Below, piece after piece: positions 54,819-62,232 of a stretch of DNA of 62,232 nucleotides (positions within the stretch are counted from its first letter, which is position 1; every line of letters starts with the position of its first letter). The DNA lies in NCBI GenBank assembly GCA_039812705.1, contig JBDIBA010000005.1, positions 1 to 62,232 of the forward strand. The letters are read 5' to 3'. This DNA comes from Acidimicrobiia bacterium. GTDB lineage: Bacteria; Actinomycetota; Acidimicrobiia; Acidimicrobiales; JBBSGY01. A program made the translations under genes and the position numbers. The notes under the pieces are model-generated. The model was not told the DNA's origin. It worked only from the letters and a program-made list of their open reading frames with translations, and ran no database searches.

Positions 54819-56117
54819 TTAGACGTTTTCTTGGGGTGACTCCGACTTGTCGGCCTCGACTGCAGGCGTCACTCGAACGCGAGTAATTGCGCGTTCTTCA
54901 ACGTCAAGAACCTCAACATTCCAGTTGAGTCCCGACGCGACTTCACCAGCGGTTGGGATGTGGCCGAGTCGTTCAAGGACATATCCGGCAATTGTCGAGT
55001 AGTTGGCCTCGTGGTCTGGCAGCTCAATGCCAACGTCGTTCAAATCGTGAATTGGAAACGCGCCTGGAAGCACGACACTTCCGTCTTCGTGGCGTTCAAC
55101 TTGCGAAGTGTCCAGGTCGAACTCGTCGTAGATCTCACCGACGATTTCTTCAAGAAGGTCTTCGACCGTGATGATTCCCTCGACGCCGCCGTGTTCGTTG
55201 ATGACAACAGCCATCTGAGTGCGAATGCTTTGCAGTTCGCGCAACGCCTCTAGAACCCCGAGTGACTCTGGCACAACGGTTGCTTCACGGACGTGATCGC
55301 GAACAAGGCCGTTTGTGTGACCAATGAGGTCACGCACGTGGATGATCCCAAGCACGTCGTCAAGGTCGCCGCGGTGAACGGGTGCGCGTGAGTGGCCAGC
55401 TTGCACCAATTGCTCCAAGCACTCCTGTGCAGTCACGTTGTCTTCAAAACTGAGGACTTGTCCGCGGGGAACGACGATTTCACGCAAGGTGCGCTCGGCA
55501 ACTTCAAACGCTCCGGCAATGATTGAGCGCTGGTCTGGGCTGAACCCTTGTTGTGTTTGCAACATATCGCGAATTTCTTCTTCGGTGACTTCTTCGCGTG
55601 TGATCTTCGGGTCTCCGCCGGCAAGTTTCACCAAGATGTTTGTTGTTTGGTCAAGAACCCAAATGCCCGGACGCGCAATTTGGGCCAAGCCGCGCAGTGG
55701 GCGAATTGCGAACTTTGCCCATCCTTCTGCACGTTGCATTGCAATGCGTTTTGGCGCAAGTTCGCCAATGACAAGAGAAACGAACGCCAATACCAGCGTG
55801 ACGAATATCAGCGACACGGGGTCTGCAAAGCGCCCCAAGGGTTCTTCAAGCTTGCGAGCGAGCGGGTCGGACAAAGACACTGCGGCAACGGCCGATGCAA
55901 AGAAGCCGGTAAGCGTGATGAAGATCTGCACCGTTGACAAAAAACGGTTGGGGTCGCGCGCCAACAGCGCGACTGCGCGACCCTTCTCACTTTCCTCCTC
56001 TAGGCGCTGGAGCTGGCCTTCTCGGAGCGAAACGAAGGCGATTTCGCTTCCTGTGAAGAACGCGTTGATGAGTGTCAAAGCGCCAAGGAGTAATAGGTCA
56101 AGAAAGATGTTGTTCAT
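54819..56117 (-). CDS. HlyC/CorC family transporter (DUF21 + CBS pair + CorC_HlyC)
   Basis: 432 aa. The N-terminal 4-TM DUF21 domain (FFTGSEIAFVS) is followed by tandem CBS motifs and a C-terminal transporter-associated domain. Confidence 0.85.
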   Translation of the reverse strand: MNNIFLDLLLLGALTLINAFFTGSEIAFVSLREGQLQRLEEESEKGRAVALLARDPNRFLSTVQIFITLTGFFASAVAAVSLSDPLARKLEEPLGRFADPVSLIFVTLVLAFVSLVIGELAPKRIAMQRAEGWAKFAIRPLRGLAQIARPGIWVLDQTTNILVKLAGGDPKITREEVTEEEIRDMLQTQQGFSPDQRSIIAGAFEVAERTLREIVVPRGQVLSFEDNVTAQECLEQLVQAGHSRAPVHRGDLDDVLGIIHVRDLIGHTNGLVRDHVREATVVPESLGVLEALRELQSIRTQMAVVINEHGGVEGIITVEDLLEEIVGEIYDEFDLDTSQVERHEDGSVVLPGAFPIHDLNDVGIELPDHEANYSTIAGYVLERLGHIPTAGEVASGLNWNVEVLDVEERAITRVRVTPAVEADKSESPQENV

Positions 56118-56223
56118 ATCGGTGCCACATACTTTTGCCGATTCTGAGGCGCTACGCGATCTTTATTCATTCTGAACGTCAGAACTCGTCAGATGTATGA
56201 CTGTCACACCCTCTCCATAACGT

Positions 56224-57405
56224 GTGGGAATGGTTGATTCAATGGGTGTTGTCGTTGCCGTCTGCGTTGTCAGCGTGGTTCTGGTGGGCCTTGGTTTCTG
56301 TCTAGGGGCGCTGGTTACCAGGGCGCGTAGGGGACACCAGGGTGTTGCCGATCAAGAGCGTGCGGCATTTGCAGCCCAACGCGTCGCAGAACTCACAGAA
56401 GAGAAAAATCTTCTTGCAGATCAGCTTGCCGACGTCCGCGTTAGTGCTGCCCAAGAACGTCAGGGTCTAGAGGCAATGGTGCGGCCGGTCGCAGACAACT
56501 TGTCGCGACTAGAAGCCGCACTCAGTCAGACCGAGGCTGCACGCAGAGAAAATCTTGGTGGACTGGGCGAACAACTGCGAGATTTGGCCGAATCCAACGC
56601 GCGCGTCAGTGCTGAGGCTGCCTCTTTGAAACATGCCTTGCGTTCTTCCAACACACGCGGACGTTGGGGCGAAGTTCAACTGCGTCGGGTTGTCGAGGTG
56701 TCAGGAATGGTCCAGCACGTGGACTTTGAAGAGCAGCTCAGTGGCGGAGAAAACGCGTCGTCGCGCGCAGACTTGGTTGTGCGTTTGCCAGATGGGGTTT
56801 CAATTGCTGTTGACGCCAAAGTTCCCTACAGCGCCTACGACCGCGCGTGCGATGCCCAAGATCCAGATTCTGCTGCGGGCTTTATGCGGGCTCACGCAAA
56901 AGACGTGCGTGCCCATGTAGATGCATTGGCCAAGCGCGCCTATTGGAACTCGTACGGCACGTCTCCGGGTTTTTGTGTGATGTTCGTCCCGGGCGATGCA
57001 TTGCTAGAGGCAGCGTTGATGACAGACCCGACGCTGTGGGAGCACGCTTCGCGCAGCAGGGTTCTCTTCGCAACTCCAACGTCACTAATTGCGTTGTTGA
57101 GAATGGCGTCTTTGGGTTGGGCGCGCGACTCTCAAGACTCCAACGCCATCGAAGTTGTCGAAGTGGGTAGAGAACTGCACAAGCGGTTGGCCAAGGCTTT
57201 GACAGACGTCGACCGCGTTGGCCGCGGGTTGCGCGCGGCCCTTGGTGCGTACAACCAGCTTGTTGGTTCGGTCGACGGTCGTGTCATGCCTCAGGCCAAA
57301 CGACTCGCAGACCTGACAGGCACAGAAGCCGAGATCACCAGCCTGACACCCGTAGACGAAGTGCCACGCGTGTCCCATGCAATGTTGCGTGCGGGGGACG
57401 GATGA
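56224..57405 (+). CDS. rmuC: DNA recombination protein RmuC
   Basis: It has an N-terminal TM helix, a coiled coil, and a nuclease-like core (WGEVQLRRVVE.., IAVDAKVPYSAY). Confidence 0.82.
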   Translation: MGMVDSMGVVVAVCVVSVVLVGLGFCLGALVTRARRGHQGVADQERAAFAAQRVAELTEEKNLLADQLADVRVSAAQERQGLEAMVRPVADNLSRLEAALSQTEAARRENLGGLGEQLRDLAESNARVSAEAASLKHALRSSNTRGRWGEVQLRRVVEVSGMVQHVDFEEQLSGGENASSRADLVVRLPDGVSIAVDAKVPYSAYDRACDAQDPDSAAGFMRAHAKDVRAHVDALAKRAYWNSYGTSPGFCVMFVPGDALLEAALMTDPTLWEHASRSRVLFATPTSLIALLRMASLGWARDSQDSNAIEVVEVGRELHKRLAKALTDVDRVGRGLRAALGAYNQLVGSVDGRVMPQAKRLADLTGTEAEITSLTPVDEVPRVSHAMLRAGDG

Positions 57406-57441
57406 CAGACGGCGTGACATGCGCTTTGCTATAACTATGTA

Positions 57442-58005
57442 ATGCACCTCATAAATATGCGGCCAGCCACAAAGAAGGACGTGGCGAGACTTGTTGGGTT
57501 GGGAGTCGAGTCCGCCGAGGTGCACGAACGACGTCTGCGCGCACAGGCTTCAGGAAAGAGCAGCTATTTGCTTGCCGAGTATCAGGACACGTTGATTGGT
57601 CATGTGGTGTTGCGGTGGGCCGGAAGCGTTCACGGTGGCGTCCGCGGGCATTTGGGCATCGTTCCTGAACTCAGGCGCTTTCGCGTTGCCGACTCTTTTC
57701 AACGCTCGGGTTTTGGGCGCCAGCTGCTCGAATTAGCCGAAGGCGTGGTTGCCGCACGCGGTTATGACTCGTTGTCGTTGTGTGTGGGTATCGACAACGC
57801 AGCCGCCCGTCGCCTCTATGAAACCAGCGGTTATGCCACTTGGGGTCGAGGCTTTTTTGAGTCGTCTTGGAAGTCGGCTGACGCGGATGGCCGTGTGGTG
57901 GAGATTGCTCACGTCGTTGATGTGATGACCAAGTCTTTGTTGGCCAGTGCTTCACCCGAGGGCTCCAATGTCGTCGGCAAACTTGCGGTGGTTGGTGCTG
58001 GCTAG
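57442..58005 (+). CDS. GNAT family N-acetyltransferase
   Basis: It has an acetyl-CoA loop (RVADSFQRSGFGRQLLELAE) and NAAARRLYETSGY. Confidence 0.8.
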   Translation: MHLINMRPATKKDVARLVGLGVESAEVHERRLRAQASGKSSYLLAEYQDTLIGHVVLRWAGSVHGGVRGHLGIVPELRRFRVADSFQRSGFGRQLLELAEGVVAARGYDSLSLCVGIDNAAARRLYETSGYATWGRGFFESSWKSADADGRVVEIAHVVDVMTKSLLASASPEGSNVVGKLAVVGAG

Positions 58006-58046
58006 TCCGATCGCCCGAGCGGGCAGAAGTCGACATTGATCGGTGG

Positions 58047-59246
58047 ATGGATTTAGTTTGTCCATTCGTGAACCAAAAGCCAGGGTGCCGCTTGATGATG
58101 TTGGGCGGGCGTCATCACGTGTTTTATTTGATTGGCCTTGCTCATGTGTTGGGCAAGCGACTTCCGTTGGCGGCGGCCGAGGGCGCATCTGCGGGCGGAA
58201 TTGCTTCAATATTCGCCATCAAAGACGTTCATTGCGATGTGGTTCGCGATGCGGTTCGTCAATTCGACGTGGCTTCGCTAATCGCGCCATTGCCGGGCGC
58301 GGCCGTTCCACGAGGCCTTGACCGGTTCCTCGGCCGCTCGGACGGTTCGGTTTTCACTGACCGCTTGACGACTGTTTTGGATTCCGTTGGAGTCAAGACA
58401 TGGAGAGACCTTCGTCGTGAAGACGAGACTTGCTCGATGAAGGTTCGTGTTAGTGCCATCCGGTTACGCGGTCGCAGCTTCGAACAAGCCCGCAAGATTC
58501 AGGAGAACGGAAACCTCTTTCGGGAAGTCGTCAATCAGCTGCGGTGCAAGTCCGGCCTTGACGTTTCAAGAATCGAGACTTGGAAGTTCCCCGATGATGT
58601 CGAAAAGGTTGGCATTGCTCGTGAAGATTTTGATCGGATGCCCGTCGCCCCTTGGTTGGTGCGTTCGGCAAGTCACCCGGTTGCATTCAAACCTCTGATC
58701 GTTCCAGACCCATCGTCAAACGAAGCCATTGTGTTGACAGATGGAGCGTTGCCGTGGGACATGCGTGCATCGCGCAGGCAAGTTCCCGAATCCCCAACGG
58801 CGCTAATTCGAATTGGTGCGAATCCAATGACCGCCATTAATCGTCGGGGTGATCGCGAGAACGACCTTGGTTCTTATCCAGGCTTCTTTGTCTTGCGGAC
58901 ATATCCCGTGATCGATGCCAAGCGTTCGACGGCGGCCATTCGTTTCGACTTGGACGACAAGACCCGCGTCAGTCAATTCGACAAAGGGGTAGAAGACGCA
59001 ACGCGATTCGATCTCGACTCCGCGTTTCCCGAATACCTGGACAGGCACAATCAGTTGCAGGCTTCCGGCGGACCCGTCGAAGTGAGCGAGCGACCGGTCG
59101 ATGTTGCCGATCCAGTGACACAACGTCGGTACGACGTGGTTGCGCTCGCCAAAGCCCTTCACGTAATCGGTCCGATTGCACGGTTCAGCTCGCTCGGAAA
59201 ATCCGACCCGGCAGGGGTCGAATTAGGTCGGACGATTGCAGGCTAG
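58047..59246 (+). CDS. divergent patatin-like phospholipase domain protein
   Basis: The oxyanion-like MMLGGRHH, the nucleophile elbow GASAG (GxSxG) and the DGA element (LTDGALPWD) occur in patatin order. The C-terminal ~150 aa have no assignment. Confidence 0.55.
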   Translation: MDLVCPFVNQKPGCRLMMLGGRHHVFYLIGLAHVLGKRLPLAAAEGASAGGIASIFAIKDVHCDVVRDAVRQFDVASLIAPLPGAAVPRGLDRFLGRSDGSVFTDRLTTVLDSVGVKTWRDLRREDETCSMKVRVSAIRLRGRSFEQARKIQENGNLFREVVNQLRCKSGLDVSRIETWKFPDDVEKVGIAREDFDRMPVAPWLVRSASHPVAFKPLIVPDPSSNEAIVLTDGALPWDMRASRRQVPESPTALIRIGANPMTAINRRGDRENDLGSYPGFFVLRTYPVIDAKRSTAAIRFDLDDKTRVSQFDKGVEDATRFDLDSAFPEYLDRHNQLQASGGPVEVSERPVDVADPVTQRRYDVVALAKALHVIGPIARFSSLGKSDPAGVELGRTIAG

Positions 59247-59377
59247 GCGTTCAGCAATTGCTCGCTCCAGCGGCTCGGTGTAGACGGTTGGTCACCATCC
59301 GTTCACAATCAGTTTCAGCACAGAACGTTTTGTCCTTATAGGGTTGCGACTTCACAATTTGAACGGGGTAGACGTCG

Positions 59378-59824
59378 ATGTCAGATAGGCGAATGATGAC
59401 CTACTTGCCGGTTGACGACTTGTCGCGGTCCGTCGAGTTTTTGGAGCACATGGGTTTTGTGCCCGTCACTCAAGGTCTTGTCAATGACGCAGTCGTCATG
59501 GCCTTTACGGCGCAGGCTGGAGTCACGTTGGTGTCAAAGCGCCGGTTCAAGCACCTGACGAAACGTGAGTTGGCGCCACGAGATACTTCCGAGGTCGTGG
59601 TTTCGTTGGTTTTTGATGAGCGCAAGATGGTGGATCGAATGATCCGACGGGCCGTCACTTACGGGGTCAGTGAATATGGCGAAGCGCAGGACTACGGCAC
59701 CATGTACGCGCGTGGCTTCGTTGATTTCGACGGCCACCTTTGGCGCTTGGTCTGGTTGAGTTCCAACCTCTTGCACAATGCCGACAGGGCCGGGGCAATC
59801 AGCGCGACCAAAAAGCCTGACTGA
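59378..59824 (+). CDS. VOC (glyoxalase/bleomycin-resistance) family protein
   Basis: 148 aa. YARGFVDFDGHLWRLVW is the typical C-terminal VOC strand. Confidence 0.7.
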   Translation: MSDRRMMTYLPVDDLSRSVEFLEHMGFVPVTQGLVNDAVVMAFTAQAGVTLVSKRRFKHLTKRELAPRDTSEVVVSLVFDERKMVDRMIRRAVTYGVSEYGEAQDYGTMYARGFVDFDGHLWRLVWLSSNLLHNADRAGAISATKKPD

Positions 59825-59883
59825 TCCCAAAACTTCCTTTATTACAGGGGCGGTTTGTCTAACCCCTGTCGGCGTCGCGATAC

Positions 59884-60786
59884 TTGACCCTTATGACGGG
59901 TGGATTTTTGGGTCGAGTAGGACAGGTCATCGGAAGGGTTTCGGGCAACGGGGTTAACCGGACTCTTAAGGATGTTTCTCAGGTGGGAGTGAGGCATTAC
60001 TCCAGCCGGGCCAACTCAATCCGCACGTCGCTTGAGGTTGAGCTTCGAAACGCTCCGCTCAAGCCCACCTATCTGAGCCAACTCTCGATGGCTGCAAGTG
60101 CTCATGGATCATCGGCTTCTGGGAAGAACCGTGTCGAAACCATTTGTGATGCTGTCACGAAGGTGATCCCGGCTTTTGAAAGGACCAGACCCAAGCGACT
60201 TGAGAACGACTTCCAGTACGCAATCGTGAGAACTCGTGCAATCGTTTTTTCGTGCGTGCTTGAAATGCTGGACCAAAAGAGCGTCGATCTAGCAAGCCCC
60301 ATTTACAGCGAGTCAATTTCGCAACAGATGCGCAGGGTCGTCAACCTGGCGTGTCCGGGAAATCTGACACTTGACATCGAAGAGCTAGACCGTGTGTCCA
60401 AGCTGTGCGACCGCTTGACCGCTGACCTTGTCGATTATTCCGTTGCGGCTTATTACGCAGAGTTCTTGGAGCGTGTCCGCGATTCTCTTTGCACGAAGGG
60501 AGCTCAATTTGATTGGGCAAGTGCGAACGGCCGGGCAAGGCTTGTTAAGCCCTTCTGTGACGAGATTGACTTTGTAGGTAAGCGCTCTGGCCTCAAGGGT
60601 TTGGCGCGAGACATGGAACGCACGGTCGACAACGCAATTTCATTTGCGCTGAACCAGTTCCACTCCGATCACCCTGTTATTTCGCCCGACGCCGACGTGC
60701 CACAAGCCGGAGAGTTGAGCATGCGTGCAGCGATCACTGGTGCCGACGCTGCGCGAAACACCGCAACGCACGGGCTTTCTAGCTAG
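59884..60786 (+). CDS. hypothetical protein (orphan, probably helical)
   Basis: 300 aa. The start is TTG 59884 or ATG 59893. I see no recognisable motif. Local GC is lower than elsewhere (about 50% in the hand-counted sample 60241..60300). Confidence 0.5.
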   Translation: MTLMTGGFLGRVGQVIGRVSGNGVNRTLKDVSQVGVRHYSSRANSIRTSLEVELRNAPLKPTYLSQLSMAASAHGSSASGKNRVETICDAVTKVIPAFERTRPKRLENDFQYAIVRTRAIVFSCVLEMLDQKSVDLASPIYSESISQQMRRVVNLACPGNLTLDIEELDRVSKLCDRLTADLVDYSVAAYYAEFLERVRDSLCTKGAQFDWASANGRARLVKPFCDEIDFVGKRSGLKGLARDMERTVDNAISFALNQFHSDHPVISPDADVPQAGELSMRAAITGADAARNTATHGLSS

Positions 60787-60798
60787 TCAGCCCGTCGG

Positions 60799-61434
60799 TC
60801 AGCCGTTTGTTGCAACAGGCTGCCTCAAGATGGTGCGCAGTTTGGCGGGCTCGGTTTTGCGTGCGTCGCTCAGATAGATCTCGTGGTGTTGCTTGGTCAT
60901 CTGCAAGTTGTTCTCCGGAATGAACTCGCTGTGCATGCGTTCAAGCACGGGGCCCTCTTCGTCGTAGGAGCCAACGTGCAAAACCTGCACGCAGAGTCCT
61001 TCTGAAAGTGTCTCAAGACGCACCTTGTTTACGGTGACCGAGTTGGGCGCGTCGGCATCGGGCGCTACAACGCTTTTGGCGCCATCCAGCATCTCGTTCG
61101 TGATCCAGTCCGGCGTCATCAGCATTGCCGTCCAGCTCCACTTGGACTTGTCGCGCGCCTCGGTGTACGCGTTCATGTCGTCTGCCCACCACAACGCTTC
61201 AAGCGGCGGCACGACATAGTCGCGTTGAAGATCGGTCTTGCTTGCAAACTTCAGCTTGTAGGCAAGTGGATAGAGGGCTTCAATTGCGTGGGTGAACTCG
61301 CCGCCGTTTGGGTCGCCGTGTCCGTCGATCATCAAGTACGCCATGTCAGGCACTTCGATGATGTCGAACTTGTTGAGCTTGGCCTTGTAGCAAGGAAGCT
61401 CTTTTTTGAAATCGACCTTTGTCATTGCGCTCAT
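60799..61434 (-). CDS. GyrI-like small-molecule-binding domain protein
   Basis: 211 aa from ATG 61434 (the ORF extends to 61599). FDIIEVPDMAYLMIDGHGDPN..ALYPLAYKLKF..PPLEALWW..HVGSYDEEGP..HHEIYLSD. Confidence 0.7.
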   Translation of the reverse strand: MSAMTKVDFKKELPCYKAKLNKFDIIEVPDMAYLMIDGHGDPNGGEFTHAIEALYPLAYKLKFASKTDLQRDYVVPPLEALWWADDMNAYTEARDKSKWSWTAMLMTPDWITNEMLDGAKSVVAPDADAPNSVTVNKVRLETLSEGLCVQVLHVGSYDEEGPVLERMHSEFIPENNLQMTKQHHEIYLSDARKTEPAKLRTILRQPVATNG

Positions 61435-61553
61435 GGTCGCGAAGCTAATGCGTCTTGTTGCAGGAACAGTTTTGAAAAGTCGATACGCGCGGTTGCCGTG
61501 ATGGTGGAGCCCAGGGGGACACGTGTTGAATCCCCGGGCCGTGACAGGATCTG

Positions 61554-62087
61554 ATGGTGATCGCGACGACCGAGTTGGACCTCTGCGATTGCGGGGCACT
61601 GGTCCCCAAGATCGACGGCCCCACTCACGCCTACTTCGGCAACAACGCCGGGTGCTGGCAGTTGTTCGGCGAGGTCCTGGCCCGCGACTATGCCGACTAC
61701 CAGCATGGCGCGCTTCACAACCTCGCCGTCGACACCTACGCGGTCCAGCATCCCCGCAACGCTGACCGACGCAACCGCCAATCCGTTGGAGTGCACCTCA
61801 TCAGCCTGCGCGCGCTGCTCGAGCGCAACCTGGATGCAGCCAAGGCCAGGACTCTTATCGCCGACATCGCGTTCGCCCAGCGCCGCCACCGATGGGAGTG
61901 GCCGCACCTAGTCCCACCCACACTGGGGGCCACGACTGTGGTGGAAGTGCATTCCGCAACCACGCCGGAAGAGCACCGCGAGCAGATCCACCGCTGGGCC
62001 CATGGCGTGTGGCAAGCCTTCGCCGAGCACCACACCTTGGTGCGGCAATGGCTGGACGCCGCCTGGCAGGACTCCCGCGTCAACTAG
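61554..62087 (+). CDS. DUF5946-like protein
   Basis: 177 aa. CDCG..GPTHAYFGNNAGCWQLFGEVLARDY..LAVDTYAVQHP. The family name is from memory. Local GC is about 67% in the sample 61561..61620. Confidence 0.55.
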   Translation: MVIATTELDLCDCGALVPKIDGPTHAYFGNNAGCWQLFGEVLARDYADYQHGALHNLAVDTYAVQHPRNADRRNRQSVGVHLISLRALLERNLDAAKARTLIADIAFAQRRHRWEWPHLVPPTLGATTVVEVHSATTPEEHREQIHRWAHGVWQAFAEHHTLVRQWLDAAWQDSRVN

Positions 62088-62232
62088 GCCCGCTACATAT
62101 CGCCTCAGCGCATCACGGCTCGTGTCAGTCGGGATGCACGCTCACCTCGGCAGTCGCCCAGTGCCACCGCTGACTTCGTACTCTGAAGTCGGCATTCGCT
62201 CTCATCGGCAGAGGCAGACACCACAGACAGTT

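Noticed and set aside
62088-62232. A possible 3' end of a minus-strand gene at the right edge (open frames ending at about 62106 or 62126) and a hairpin at 62170..62192.
   Set aside because: Only about 36-42 codons are visible, with no motif. I cannot tell coding from non-coding with so little sequence.
1-62232. Mobile elements, integrases, tRNA/rRNA genes and toxin-antitoxin pairs.
   Set aside because: No ORF shows transposase, integrase or recombinase motifs. All intergenic gaps are at most 290 nt, and the ones I inspected lack tRNA-like structure.

Overview
The window is a 62.2-kb, gene-dense, almost gap-free piece of core chromosome from a moderately high-GC organism (hand-counted 60-nt samples give about 57-60% GC). 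It looks like Actinomycetota. From memory, the gene order matches conserved actinobacterial neighbourhoods: pepA/E2/lipB/lipA; LCP-rml-manC; pmm-Trm112-SIS-ahcY; comF-secA; prfB-ftsE-ftsX. I call 53 protein-coding genes, one of them an edge-truncated ORF that is missing from the supplied track. I see no rRNA, tRNA, CRISPR array, transposase or integrase. Content from left to right: (1) lipoate/2-oxoacid dehydrogenase genes (lpd, E2, and lipB-lipA in one frame); (2) a two-gene secreted surface module and a secreted six-repeat protein coupled to pepA; (3) an M20 amidohydrolase, a biotin carboxylase and birA; (4) a large envelope-glycan locus (LCP, rmlA/B/D, ugd, uxs, manC, three GT4 genes, an Rmd-like SDR, a 1102-aa GT2 fused to a membrane domain plus a partner protein, an 884-aa GT-C-like protein, manB, Trm112, a SIS isomerase), interrupted by a CofC-like gene, ftsH and a CPBP protease; (5) ahcY, comF, secA, prfB, a WbbL-like GT2, ftsEX and an M23 peptidase; (6) a compositionally mixed right end (corC, rmuC, GNAT, a patatin-like protein, VOC, an orphan, a GyrI-like protein, a DUF5946-like protein). 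The items most worth a second look are: the LipB-LipA fusion; the Csc/WxL-like surface module; the exporter-less glycan locus with its two giant membrane proteins; several perfect 12-14-bp stem-loops at cistron boundaries; the FtsEX-associated M23 peptidase with an intact active site; and a charged insertion in SecA. All family assignments come from reading motifs by eye, with no database search.
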